Positions 1-12,606 of a DNA stretch of 64,000 bases are shown here, in pieces. Below the pieces are notes generated by a model. It was not told the DNA's origin. It saw only the letters and a program-made list of their open reading frames with translations, and did not search any database. A program made the translations under genes and the position numbers. Positions within the stretch are counted from its first letter, which is position 1. Every line of letters starts with the position of its first letter. This DNA comes from Carcharhinus longimanus (taxonomy: Eukaryota): assembly GCA_030264375.1 (NCBI GenBank), contig JASCQW010000190.1, forward strand, positions 57,068,897 to 57,132,896, in the 5' to 3' direction.

Positions 1-71
1 GGACTGAAATACGGATCTCTGTCATCCATAATCCCCTCATCACCAGAATAGTACTGGGGCTGTGAGAACCA

Positions 72-450
72 GCTTATATTCCCTTGAGTCTAGAAGATTA
101 AGGGATGATCTAATTGAGATAAGTGTGTCGACTTAGATGTTTCTGATAATTAAAGAATTGACAGGGTTGATGAAGAGAAACTATTTCACCTTGAGCAAGG
201 GAGTTTAACCTTAAAATTGAGGGATGATATCGGAACCACTTGTTTATGCAAAGGGGAACACTAGTCTGGTAACTCCCCAAAAAGCTGATGAAGCTAGGGG
301 TCTATTGTAAATTGTAATATTGAGATTGATAGATTTTGTTAGGTGAAAGCGTTGAGGGTTGCATAACCAAGGCAGGTAGATGGAATTTAGATACAGATCA
401 GCTGTAATCTCATTGAATGACAGGATCAAGGGTTTCCTCTTCCTATGTGC
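72..450 (+). mobile_element. CR1 LINE 3' end fragment (degraded)
   Basis: Decayed ORF2 C-terminus (LYSLE.RRLRDDLIE-like) followed by a typical CR1 3'UTR ending in ttcctatgt. Confidence 0.75.
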
Positions 451-1619
451 CTTTTGCTTTCTCATTCTAGCTGAACACCTTTAGGCAATTTTTTTTAAAG
501 TATAGAATTAGTATTCTGCAACTTCCCTTTCCTTTATGATCTCATTTGGCTTCAGGTAGATGATCCTGCAGCTCACATTTAGCTTAGATGCTTCACTCTG
601 AACTGAGAGTAATTCACACCTTGAGTGATTTTTCTTGATATTTCACTCTGAACATCATGGCTCAGGTTGTTGCTGGCAAATGTGAAAATGGAAATAATAC
701 TTTAGGAAAGGTCTCTTGGCATTTTTCATCGACAGTCCACCAAATTGGTGCTTTCCCCAACACACCTCGCATCTCTATTTAAAGCACTGATTGAGTCAGA
801 ATTTATCCAGAATGACTGACTTGTTTTCCCTGGGGATTTTTAACTCCATGTTTTTGCTGCACTGTTTCCGCTTCAGTTGAGATGTTTCTTCGCTCTTTAT
901 GCTTCTATGTTGACTAAGCCAGTGAGGCACCCCTTGTGTTAACAATAAGCAGTTTAAAATGACATTGCGTGCAGTGAAAGTAAGCTGATAGCATTGGGCA
1001 GAGTCCCTGTCTGGGCAAAATGCAGCCAAATTCTCCTTCCTGCTCCTTGAGTTTACTCCTTTGCTTTTCTGAAAGTGCTTGCATAGCCACAGAGTTATCA
1101 ACAGCCCTTCTCAACAAACATTTGTTCCAGCAGGAAGTCTCCTAGTGGCCTCCCATCCTCCAACCCTCTAGCTTCAAACTATTACTCACCCACAACTCTG
1201 CAGTCTACCCTCCAGTGTCTCCTTCATTATCCAGCTAGTTGTGTGGGACTGTGCTTTCTGGCTTGATTTATATCTACCTAATCAAAGCCTAAATTTGTGC
1301 TACAGTGGTCTCACTAATCCTCCCCCACCCCACTCCTAAATTGTTGTCTCTCCTGTTTGTTAGTCTCCTCCTCTTAGTTGCCTGCTCATCATCTCTCTCT
1401 CTCTCTCTTCCCCTCTCCCTCCGTTAGCAGCCTCTCTTATTTGACCCAATGTTGATCTTTTGACCAACATCCCCGCTAATTAATTTTATAATGTGTCTCT
1501 GATTTGTTGTAAGTGCCTAACCTTCCAATTTTTTTGCCTGTTGCAGTAACTTAGAAGGTAATTGTATGTGGTGTGCATAGGGACTTAGTGTTGCTGTGCA
1601 GCTTGGAGTGATCAGACCC

Positions 1620-2370
1620 CATATCACCAACTATATAAGATTGCCTGTTTGTGCCTTGTCTCAGCTAGTCTGCTAAAAGCTTCATCTGTGCTTTTGTTGT
1701 CTCTATATTTGACTACCCCAATACTCTCTTTGTAGACCTCCCATCTTAAACGCTCCATGAACATTAACTCATCGAAAACGTTGTTGTCTATATCCTAAAT
1801 CACTCTAAAACTTGTAATAAAAGCAAATTACTGCGGATGTTAGAATCTGAAACCAAAAGAGAAAATACTGGAAAATATCAGCAGGTCTGGCAGCATCTGT
1901 AAGGAGAGAAAAGAGCTGGCATTTCAAGTCCACATGACCCTTTGTCAAAAGTTTGACACAGGATCATATGGACTCAAAATATCAGCTCTTTTCTCTCCTT
2001 ACAGATGCTAAATCTTGTAATAGCTGATGAATGTTAACTGCCAGTCCAACAACACCTTGATTTGAAAATGACCAAAGTTTACGTTCACATTAGTCCTTGA
2101 CCTCACTCTCCTAATCTTCCACTCATCAAATGTCTGAAGATCTCAGACCCCATGCATTCTTCACTTTCTTCAACCTACAGGTCTAATCTCCGAAATTTCC
2201 TTCCTTAATTTCTCCTCGCACCCCCTGCACTCCTTTAAAAGTTCCCTCTTTGGCCAAACTTTTTAATCACCTATCCTAATGTCCTTTGCCTTGGAATCAA
2301 TTTTTGTCTAGCTATAATCATGTGAAACACCTTGGGATGTTTACTGCATCAAAGGCAATACGTCAATGCT
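1620..2370 (+). mobile_element. L2 LINE 3' fragment, interrupted by a Penelope-derived hairpin
   Basis: Decayed (LI)HAFV.SRLDY.N.L..LP-like RT C-terminus and an L2 tail (tgtgaaacaccttgggatgtttact...aaggcaata). Confidence 0.65.
1820..2013. mobile_element. Penelope pLTR-derived inverted-repeat (hairpin) element
   Basis: Arms 1892-1950 and 1951-2009 are near reverse complements; flanked by direct repeat cttgtaata (1811-1819, 2014-2022); same sequence family as 54258-54360. Confidence 0.75.
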
Positions 2371-3595
2371 AACATATTCCAGTCCGCAACAACCCTCTGC
2401 CCATCTCATCCTCACCATCATTCTGCTAAATTTTATTTGTATTTCTGAGAACTTTGCTGTTATTTATTGTAACACTGGTACTGCCACAATAAGGTAGTTA
2501 ACTCAGCACAGTCCAAAGTCAAATCTGAGACCATTTTGGCCTGCATTGCCATGTATTGCACCATTGTGTAATTTAATCGCTGAGCAATTGCCAAATCCCA
2601 CGTGGTTTTTTTGAAGAGTAACTTTTGGATTAGGAAGGAATGTGTAGATCTTGCTTATGAAATGAAGGATTTAGTCTGATAAAATTCATTGAATATCAGG
2701 AGCAGACAGAACAATTAGTTGCTCTCACTACACCCTAAAAAAAGGTATAGAAGCTTAAGTACCCCTAGATCGGAAAGCAAATTTGGGGCAGAAGACTTGA
2801 ACTTTTTATTCCTGTCCCTTTGTTTACAATGTATGAGGGCTGTTGGAGCGATTGTAGTGGATTGGCAATCGGGGGCTGCTTAATTTGATTTCTTCTTTGG
2901 CAAAATGTTTTACACATGTAGTCCCATTGAATAAGGGCACCACCTTAAATAAGCTCTAACCAACTGATTTAAAAAAAGAGGTAGCCTTGCTGGGGAGATA
3001 AATAGTACTTCTTTGAGTTTCTGTGCTTAGATCAATAAAGGAGAGTTGAGTCCTATGGTGGCATTTTATTTAATGTTGGCCACAAGAAACTGCTGACTAT
3101 TTTTGGAGTGTGTAGTTATTTCTTTTGCTGAACCTTTCCTCTTTTGTTCCTCTGATGTTGCCAGCAAGCTCTCCAATGTGCTGTTATTCCTCCCTGAGGC
3201 CTTGCTGTGGTAAGATCAGTTGCCCAATGCACTCTCCTACCCAACTACTTTTTTTCAAAGCATCAATGTCTTTCCCCCATATTACTTTATAGCTCAATTT
3301 TGGCATAATTGATTTTCTGCTTTCAGCTTTACCTTTGCTTTTCCCTCCTCTTCAGCCTTGGTGTCTGACATGATTGGCCTGAGTGCCTTACCCTATGTTT
3401 CTCAGTAATAAAACAAAAACGGAGTCCCCTGTTGGAGGGGTCAAGTGTAATAAAGTTTATGGGTTAGTGGGTGCTGTACATCCACATAATTTATACTGCC
3501 TCTATCCTAATGGTTCTAGATCATTGGGAGAAAGCCTTCATGTTTAAATTGCAGATCTAGTGACTTGGTGCTCGATTTAGTACTATTGCCATGTA

Positions 3596-3930
3596 GAATT
3601 TCAGAATGGTTACAGGGCAGAAAGCAGCCAATCTGCTCATTGTGTCTGTGATGGCTCTCTGCAAGAACATCTCACCTGGTCCCACTCCCCTGCCCTTTTC
3701 TCTTCAGATAATTGCCATTTTTTATCTTTAGAAAGCTAGGATTGATTCTACCTCCACCATGCTGCCCAGATGTGTTTTCCAGATCCTAATCACTTGCTAT
3801 GTAAAGAGATTCCCCTCTTATCATTGCTTCCTTTGCCAAGCAACCCTCTGATTGTTGCTGTTCTTGCCAGTGGGAACAATTTATTCCAAGCTGGGTCACC
3901 CCTTGTGATTTTGAACATTTTTGTCAAATC
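3596..3930 (-). mobile_element. Old CR1 3' tail
   Basis: Reverse-complement CR1 3'UTR (gaatggttacagggcagaaagcagcc...). Confidence 0.6.
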
Positions 3931-3963
3931 CCGGGGTTGCATCTGAACTGATCCTGTTGACTT

Positions 3964-4413
3964 AGGACATAGGACATAGAACAGTACAGCACTTCGGCCC
4001 TCAGTGTTGTGCCGAGCTATGTCCAAATCCAAGATCAAGCTATCCCACTCCCTATAATTCTGGTGTGCTCCATATGGCTATCCAATAACCACATGAAAGT
4101 TCCTAAAAGTGTCTGACTCCACTATCACAGCAGGCAGTCCATTCCACACCCCAACCATTCTCTGAGTGAAGAGTCTACTTCGGACATCCCTCCTATAACT
4201 CCTACCATGAACCTTATAGTTATGCCCCTAGTAACAACTACATCCACCTGAAGAAATAGTCTCTGCACGTCCACTCTATCTATCCCCTTCATCATCTTAT
4301 GAACCTTTATTAAATCATCTCTCATCCTCCTCTGCTCTAAAGAGAAAAAAGTCCCAGCTCCCTCAACCTTTCCTCGTAAGACCTACCCTCCAAACCAGGC
4401 AGCATCCTGGTAA
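3964..4413 (-). mobile_element. CR1 LINE 3' end (younger)
   Basis: ORF 4125-4325 (MRDDLIKVHKMMKGIDRVD) is a CR1 ORF2 C-terminus; tail repeat ggacata/gaacag. Confidence 0.85.
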
Positions 4414-5269
4414 AAATGACTTATCAGCTTTAAGTACAGCCAGCCTCTCTAATATCTCCTCTTTATCAAATTTTAGTTTATCCATTGTCTTGGCCATCTA
4501 CTCTTTCACCTCAGCTTGGACAACATCTTGTTCCTTGGCAAAGTAATTATTTGGTATCTTAGCCATGCCCTCAGCTTCCATGCATAAATCCCTTTTTTGC
4601 TATCAACACTATACCTCCGCCTACCATCCTCTAACTATATTGCTGAAGAAGCATTTTGGATTACATTTTATGTTGGCTTCCAGTCTTTGCTTGTCTTATT
4701 TTTCACTTCCCCTCTGATTTTTTTTTAATATACGGATTTCACTTATATAATCAACCTGGCATTTATCATGTACACCATTTTTCTGCTTCAGTTTTTCTCT
4801 CTCTCTCTATGTACTCACATCCACTTGTTTAAACAGAGCAGAACAAATACGAGTGCTGGCTGCAGATATGTGCTGGAGTATGATGCTGCTTATCTGCTGA
4901 AGTAGAACAGCTAGCTCAGCGTGGGGAAAGAATCATTCCCACTTGATTGCCGTGGAAACTGAGGAGATGCTCTGACTACAAATGCACCCTGCAACCGTTC
5001 TGCTAGAAACGAACATTTCATTGTGTTGTGGCTAAGAACTCCTAGATTTCCCCCTTTTGTGTCCCTTGCATATTTCCATGAATAACAGGTGCTAAATTGA
5101 GGTATTATGTGACCAAAGTTGTTCAATTTTACCTTACTTCATATACCATGAATGAAAATGCAATGTTTCAGAATTTCTGTTGAGGATATATTTAAAGAAA
5201 ATGCTTATTTTGTTAATTCATGCAATAGTTGGGATTTTAACCTTACTGTGATAATTGAAAGAGGGATAT

Positions 5270-5625
5270 GCATTTGTGTAGCACGTTCGATGATCTCAAG
5301 ATGCCTTAGTGTTCTACAGTCTATTGAATACTTCTGAAGTATTGTGAAATAGTATACAGCAAGCTCCCACAAGCAGCAATATGATAATGATCAGAAAATC
5401 TGTTGAGGGATTAGTATTTGCCTAGCCACCAGGGAAAAGACTCCCCTGTTCTTGAAAGTCGTGCTGTGCAATCTTTTATATGCAACTGAGAGTGGCCAGT
5501 ATCTCAATTTCATGTCTCATCAAAAGACATCAGTTTGCCCAGTGTCAGCTTAGATTTTGTCAAGGAATTTGAAACCACATTCTCCTGGCTCAGGTGAGAG
5601 TGCTGCCACTGAGATACGGCTGACC
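5270..5625 (-). mobile_element. Deu-domain SINE (SacSINE1/AmnSINE-like)
   Basis: Deu core (acagcaagctcccacaagcagcaat...cagaaaatctgttgagggat), L2-like tail and tRNA head; similar copies at about 17020-17545, 30055-30360, 36830-37105, 48075-48380, 50430-50625 and 58260-58920. Confidence 0.7.
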
Positions 5626-5654
5626 GTTTTGAATGTTGAGAAATTTATTGAATA

Positions 5655-5910
5655 CGGTAGCATAGTGATTCTACTTATGGACCAATAATCCAGCATTCTA
5701 GACAAATGATCTAGAGACGTGAGTTCGTCCCGTCGTGGTAGCCAGGGAATAAAAATTCAGCTGATTAAGTAAATCTGGAATAAAAAGTTAACATCGATAA
5801 TGTTGATCAAGAAACGACTGGATTAATGCAAAAACCCATCTGATTCACTAATGCCCTTCTTGGAAAGAAATCTGCCGTTCCTACTTGGTCTGGCCTAGTT
5901 GTAATTCCAG
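5655..5910 (+). mobile_element. tRNA-headed SINE (family T), 3' truncated, followed by an HE1 3' fragment (5910-5990)
   Basis: Homologous to 20202-20575 and 42516-42822 (aatctggaat...cccatctgattcactaatg...gaaatctgccg). Confidence 0.65.
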
Positions 5911-6034
5911 GTAAAGTCCAAAAATGTGCAGGTTAGGTGGATTGGCCGTGCTAAATTGCCTCTTAGTCCCAAGCTGTGTAGGTTAGGGGATTATAACTAA
6001 GGACTACAGCATTACCAGCACCTGAGCTTAATGC

Positions 6035-6332
6035 TTATGATCTGAAGTTATTGAAATCAGTGTTAATTCTGAACGGCTGGAAACTGTCTTATCGAATAAT
6101 GAGATGCAGTTTCTTGAGGTTCTGCTGAGCTTCTTCAGAGTAAGTAGAGGAGATTAAAGTCAGAAAGGTCAGAATAGGAGGGATGCAGCGAATCAAAATG
6201 GAAGCTTGTGATTGCACAAAAATGTTCTCAGCAACACAATCAGTAAAGCTGCATTTGGTCTCACCGAAATAAAGGAAACCACATCATAAACAGCGAATGC
6301 TATATACTAAATTCAGTGAAGCGCAAGTAACT
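6035..6332 (-). mobile_element. Penelope-like element, GIY-YIG endonuclease relic
   Basis: Minus strand reads TCASLNLVYSIRCL*CGFLYFGETK, matching the Penelope endonuclease motif FTC.S.NLVY.I.C..C..LYIGET. Confidence 0.75.
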
Positions 6333-6339
6333 ATGTTAT

Positions 6340-6472
6340 TGTTTCTTCACCCTCACTGAGTCAAAATCCTGGAAATCCCTCCCTAACAGCGCTCTGGCTG
6401 TACCTACACTAAATGGACAGTTCACCCAACACCTTCTGAGGGCAGTGAGGAATGGGTAACGAATGCTGGCTA
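6340..6472 (+). mobile_element. 3' tail of family-T LINE
   Basis: gtcaaaatcctggaaatccctccctaacagc...gagggcagtgaggaatggg...aatgctggc; reverse complement of the tail at 60150-60330. Confidence 0.6.
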
Positions 6473-6745
6473 TTTGTTGTTCCACATGGCTGAATCTTTG
6501 GAAACAGCGCCCAGAATCTCCTGCTTAAAACAAGGATTCCTGCAGGTGTTGTCTGAAGAAGGGACATGATGAGGCTTTAATGTCCATCAGGATTGGAAGA
6601 GCCTACTGATTGATGTACACTGCGTAAGGAATATGTAAAAATGTCTTCAGGAAGTTTATTAGGTATAAAAAAGAACCTAATTCTAACAGTATTTCCACTT
6701 CCTAGACAAAAGAGGGAGAGAATTTGAAGCGGTGAAAATAAGACT

Positions 6746-7050
6746 GGGCAGCATGGCGGCACAGTGGTTAACACTGTTGCTTCACAGCACAGGTTCAATT
6801 CCCAGCTTGGATCACTGTCTATGTGGAATCTGCACATTCTCGCCGTGACCACGTGGGTTTTCTCCAGGTGCTCCGGTTTCCTCCTCCAGTCCGAAAGACA
6901 TGCTGGTTAGGCACATTGGCCATGCTCAATTCTTCCTTGGTGTACCCAAACAGGCGGCAGAGTGTGGCGACTAGAGGATTTTCCCAGTAAATTCATTGCT
7001 GTGTTAATTTTAAGCCTACTTGTGACACTAATAAAACAAACTTAAAACTT
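6746..7050 (+). mobile_element. V-SINE (HE1-type head, alternative tail)
   Basis: tRNA head with A/B boxes (ggcacagtggtta; ggttcaattccc), V-domain, tail ...gcctacttgtgacactaataaa(ctta)n. Confidence 0.85.
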
Positions 7051-8149
7051 AAGATCTTTTGACTTGAATCTCAGCACAAGGGACAGAGGTTGGAGAAGCA
7101 GGAACTCTTGGACCATTCCTGTACCTGGTTCCCTGAGTTTCTACCGAGCAGCCAAATGTTGCCCAGGATGGGAAAGCTTAAAATAAAAGAGAAACAAACA
7201 GAAAAGTGGAAATAGTTACGAAAATCTTTAGGAAGGTTTGGAGTGAATTATTTGTATGTAGAGTTGATTCCAAGTATAAATACGGTTGTTTTTAAAAAAA
7301 AAAACAAGCTGCCTTGGAGTCAATGGTGCAGTGTCAGAGTGCAAATATTTAGTTTCACAATTTGAGTAAAGTTGATTTATTCCATCTTAATTGCTACTCA
7401 TGATTCATACATTTCTGGAAAAGCAGAGCATTCCTCTTCAATTCTGAGTTGGTGATGGGGAGATGATGCAACAGGACAGCTCTGTGTTTGTACCAGGCCA
7501 CCTCAAAACTCAAACTGGCTGGCAAGCCTCACAGTTGCTGCACTGTTGAAACTACTAGTTGTGCTGAATTCTGAAAAAGCAGTTCATGAACCCTGTACCA
7601 AACTGTCTCAAACATCCTGCGAAAAATTATGTCCCTTCGTCAACTCAGTTACTTTGAATTTTACTCCAGCATTGGCAAGCAATTCCTTGTTATTATGGTC
7701 GATGACTGATTTCTTCAGCTTCTGGTTTCCTTCCAAAGTCCAGCAGAGAAGGACCTTCATCTGAAGGTCATTCCACTTTCAACTTTTGCTGTTGGTATAC
7801 ATCTAACTTTTATTTTCCTCCTCCATCATCAGCTTTCATTGTAATATCTCTTTGTGCTTTTTTTTATCAGTTCCTGTGGACGTCTTGACTGCCTTAAATC
7901 TTTCTTTCCTTCTTCATTTTACAGCTGCCCAATCCCAAGCTTGGCATCCTGCAGTCACAATTTCCTCAGTTGACTTGTCCTCTCTCCCACTCTTTCAACT
8001 TTGACCCTTCAACCAGGTTTCAAAATTTAAAAAAAAGTGTCTGCTGTGTTTTTTTTAGAACTGTCCAGGAATAATGAAGCTTGGGTTTAATTTAAAGCGT
8101 TGAAAATTTTGCGAGGTCAAGAATGTGTGCTAGAGAGCTGTATACAGGC

Positions 8150-8620
8150 TGTGGAGGAGGGAAAGAGAACTGGTAGGTTTGGGGAGGGTCGAAAGATTTG
8201 GGAAATGGGGAGCCAGGGGGTGGCCCAAGAGCTGGGAATGGAAAGTAGCCAGGTGTGTGAGTGGGACGGATAGAGATGTGGGAACAGGAGAGTAGAGAGT
8301 CAGTTACAAGGAGGAAGGGATTAGAGATCCAGAAACAGGTAGATTTGGGGTTAGGGAGCTGGGCATAGAGGAGGAGTTAGAGAACTAGGTATAGGGAAGG
8401 AGTAGGGTAGAGAAAAGCATGGGGAGGAGGGAAATAGAGAGAGCGATCTTACAGTCATGTATAGAGAACAAGGGGGTAGAGCAGGATATAGGGGAGAATG
8501 TGGGTAGAGCAGGGTAAAGGGGAGGAGGGAGATAGAGGTGGGACTAAAGCTACGTATAGAGGAGGAGGGCGTTAAAGGATCTAGACTGGTGGTGTATGGG
8601 AAAGTAGAGGTGGGTGTTTA
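8150..8620 (+). repeat. Purine-rich low-complexity degenerate repeat
   Basis: About 470 bp dominated by GGGA/GAGA/TAGAG units. Confidence 0.7.
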
Positions 8621-9683
8621 ACGAGAGTTGAGAAATTTCCACCTTCTGGTGCAATTCCAGCTTTTAGATTATGGGAGTCTGCTCTTTAAAATGTTTTTAC
8701 AATCTTTGCCTCTGCCAGTATGTCTGACAAACTGTTTACTTCCTCCTGAAGCAGAAAGAAGTCTTGTGATGGTTGATGGGTGGGAGTGGGAGATTGCAGT
8801 CAAGAGTGCCATCGAGGTACCCAAGGAACACCACCCCCCCCCCCCCACCCCCCCAGAAGCAGAGTGGGAGAGGTGGGGGGGAGGTGGGTGGTGTATCCAG
8901 GCATTCACCGTCAGGAGGAGGGATTAGGAAAAGACATTGATGCAGTGGACACGGTCGGAATCCCATGTTCACAAGAAATTTTCAGACCCTTTGGACTTCA
9001 CCCACTCTCTCCCTAGCTTTGAAAATCATTTAGCCTGGTCAAACAGTGCTCCTTCTGGTTTTTCTGATACCAACCTCAATGATTCAGACATGCTTTTTTA
9101 TGAAGATGTGTGTCATGCCCTGTGCCCCATTTTGAACCTCTGTAGACTTGTGAATTTGAGTGGACTGTGCGTACATATTGAAACGATTATAATTCCTGAA
9201 TCAGGTTACTGGCCATGGTCTGACAGTACGTTGATCTGATTTGGAATTATCCCCATCCCAGTAATGCTGATAACTAAAAACCAGATGCAGAATTTATTTG
9301 CACTGTTGGGTTATGTTCAGGTATCTGTGTAGGCATCAGTTTTAAACAATGAGCGGTGCTGACTGGCCCAAGATGATTCACTCCCCTTTTGTCTTTTGGC
9401 CAGTGACTCTGACAGAATGCTATGTTAAGCATGTGTCAAAATAATTTCTGGAATTGAACAGAAATGGTTGATTGCTGACAGATGTTGAAGCCCTCATGCA
9501 TGCAGAGCAAAGCTTCACTGAATCTGTTACAAAATGGCTCAAAGTCAATTTTCTGAAGAGGACTTGGGTTCTTTAGACTAGGGTTTCACTTTTTTAAGTC
9601 TTGCGATATGGCTCTGGGGCCTGTTCCAAATGGTCATTCCTTGTATGAGTCTAATCTGCAAATGCTGGGAGGCTGTTAAGTTG

Positions 9684-9815
9684 GTTTCTGAAGAAATCAT
9701 ATTTGACTCGAAATGTTAACTCTCTGGTGCCACAGGTAATGCTAGACCTGCTGAGTTGTTCTGGCATTTTTTGTTTCTATTTCAGAATTCTGGGATCCAC
9801 AGTATTTTGCTTTTA
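9684..9815 (+). mobile_element. Penelope pLTR remnant with degenerate hammerhead motif
   Basis: CTGAAGA (9688-9694)...GACTCGAAA (GAAA 9710-9713), then the pLTR tail agacctgctgag...cacagtattttgctttt. Confidence 0.6.
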
Positions 9816-10529
9816 TTTGCACCTTTTTTTTTTGCATGCAGTAAGGCCAAACCTGTCCCTTCCAATGTCCCACAGGTTCTTCACCCCTGCTTTAAATGAC
9901 TCTCTACTGGCTTATTGTGTTAAGCAGTACAGTTACATTCTTGTACAGTGGCCTTCAGAACTGGATTTGCCATTGTCCCTTTTTTCTGATAAAGAATTGG
10001 GTCATGTGGAGTTGAATAGCAGAACTTTTCCCACTTCTTGTGACCTCTGCAGGGTATGGCTTCCAAGCTGTAATCTCACTGGAAATTCTCGTTGAATAAA
10101 CCTTGTGGCTGTTGTCAGGTTCCTTACTCTTCTGAATCACGTACAAACATCCATACACACTCTCTTGAATTGATGTCAGTAGTCAAGGTTTGAATTGGAA
10201 GCTTTGTTCGAGGCTTTTTGTAGAACCATCCTTTAATAGGTCATTGCTGTTTCTATTTTGCACAAACTGTTGAAAAAATGAGTAGGGTTACATGTCTGAA
10301 ACGTGCACTTCTTGAGAGCATGTTTTGGTGTGTCAGTTAAATCAGATGCATCACTTCACAGTTGAAGGCCTGCTAGTCATATTTTCACTCTGAGTGCTCT
10401 ATTAAAGTACCTTCATTTGGTTTCGGAACTCTCCCAGCCAACTAATGTATAAATATTTCCCAGTAGACTCATCTGTGCCCCCAGAATGGTGGTAGACAGG
10501 ATAGACCCGAAAGTCCTTGATCTTAAGCT

Positions 10530-11170
10530 TATGTATTTGTATTTATTCTTAGTGGCTCATTGGAGTTCTGCTGTATTAACGTATGCACCGAGATTTACAT
10601 AATATGCTTAGAGTGGGTAACAGAGAGAGAAGCAATAGCAATGGAAGACAGCACACACCATTAATAAAGTTCTTTTAATAAAATCATCTCTGTAACTTAA
10701 AGCAACCTGACAAACCTTGCATGAAAACGTAAAAGCAAATTATGGACATTCGCAAACGCATTTTTCACCAAACCCCTGGTGATTAGAGAGCACTTTAGAT
10801 TCCATGAAAGAAACCAAAAGGAGGAAGAGTAAATTGCGCAATTCATGATCGTGCTTAAAAGACTTGCAGAATAATGAGAGTTTGGAGATGTGCTGAATGA
10901 CACTATTTGAGACAGATTTCTTTGTGGTCTCTGCAGTGAAGCGAACACAAAACATGTGTTAACTGAGAGTAATATTACTCTGCAGAAGACCATTGAAATT
11001 ACTGTTTCTACGAAACAGGCTGCAAAGGAAGCTCAGCAATTGACTGTGTACTTGGGCAAATATCCATTGAATCGATACCCAAAGCCACTGAAACTTGCAC
11101 AGGTTCCTGGTGTGCAAAGCCAGGGCATTCTGCTCCTGAATGCTGGTGAAAAGACATGGAATGTCAAAGC
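10530..11170 (+). mobile_element. Gypsy LTR retrotransposon: 5' LTR and gag relic
   Basis: Decayed gag (RDRFLCGL; LTESNITLQKTIEITVSTKQAAKEAQQL); start of the LTR resembles 16718-16790. Confidence 0.75.
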
Positions 11171-11279
11171 CCACGCTGCCATTTTAACATTGAGAGTGCC
11201 CTCTTCTACCTATGACCTTTGTCTACACCTATTGGACTCCACAATAAAGGAATTATAACCAGATTGAGGGACGCCATAG

Positions 11280-12103
11280 TTGATGGCCAGTGATGCAATT
11301 CCAAGAGAATAGACTCCCATTGGTCGATCAGAGGATCCGTGCTCTTGATACGGTAGCCTGCGAGAACAAGAGGACACACAGTGCCAGCGGCCATCAAAAT
11401 GGCTATTGCTGGAGAATCATTCCATTTCCCACGTCCATCCTGTCCCTGCTTCTCTCCAAGGTTATTCTTTTTTCCTGCCAGGAGTGATAGCACAGATTTG
11501 TGAGTGTCAGAAATGGACTGGGGAGATGGGAGAGAAGGACAACATTTGTGGAGAATGACTGTGAGGCATGAGTGTGAGATGCCAAAATAAGGGTGAGTAT
11601 GTGTTGGTTGCCCAGTTGCGGATTGAGCAGGTGCCTGGAGAGGGAGGAATGACTGGAGCTGCAAATTGTTGTGTTCTGAGGAGTGTTGTTCATGAGAATG
11701 GTGGGAAAGTCAGAGAGTACATTGCCACTCACCTTTCCTGTTCTCCTGTGGTCATTGATGCTTTTGGATTACTGTCTCTAATATTGAGGGGTCAGATTCC
11801 TGCTACACACTTACTTGGCCTCTTCCATGTATGGCTGCTTGGTTTGAGAGGCTGGCCCTTTCCTTCCTCTCCTCCTCATTGGCAAACATCATCTTACTTC
11901 AGTTTTTCAGATCCCATGGCAGGAATATCAGCAAAGACAGAGAGAAAGTTTCTACATTCTCTGTCTTCCAGTAGTTCTGCATCCTCAGTAATCTATTTCG
12001 GTCATTCTGACCCCTGCTGAGGCTCCTCTAATTGGAAATCTTACTGTTGACATATTTGGCGAATCCTGCCTTCCTGAAGGTCAGGTGAAATAAAATTCCA
12101 CCC
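11280..12103 (-). mobile_element. PIF/Harbinger DNA transposon relic (Myb/SANT gene remnants)
   Basis: Minus strand WEEAK..CSRNLTP..RQ.SKSINDHRRTGK|gtgagt, then ag|EKRITLERSRDR, resembling the split Harbinger Myb gene; terminus aaaattccaccc. Confidence 0.5.
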
Positions 12104-12332
12104 AATGGCTTCAGCTCATCCAAAACCAGCTGTTAGACAAGTAATATGAGAAATAAGAAATAATAGGGAAGCCGAGAAAGGTTGCGGCAAAGCAGAGCTC
12201 GAGGTCATTAGTGTACAAATAGGGTCGGACAGGTTTTCTGCTGTTATCACTGACAGGCAGCAAGTGGATGAAGTATAGCAGTGCAATTGCATTGCACATG
12301 GAAGTAAGAAAAGAAAGTTGGATAAAACTCAG

Positions 12333-12606
12333 AATTTTTTTTGATTCATTTATGGGAATGGGCATCGCGGGCTAGCATTTATTGCCCATCCCCAGTTAAG
12401 CGTCAACCACGTTGCTGGGGATCTGGAATCACATGTGGGCCATGCTAGGTCATTAGCAAGCCAGAGGAGTTTTTAACAACGGTTTCATGGTCATCATGAG
12501 AATTTTAATTCTAGATTTTTATTTAACTCAAATTTCACCATCTGCCGTAGTCTGGGTCTCTGGATTGCTAATCCAGTGACAATACCACTATGCCACTATC
12601 TCCCCA
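12333..12606 (-). mobile_element. tRNA-headed SINE (family T)
   Basis: Reverse complement of the 20202-20575 type, with internal deletions. Confidence 0.75.

Noticed and set aside
7460-7920. Protein-like minus-strand stretch (WTLEGNQKLKKSVIDHNNKELLANAG)
   Set aside because: Interrupted by stops, no splice pattern, no family I can recognise
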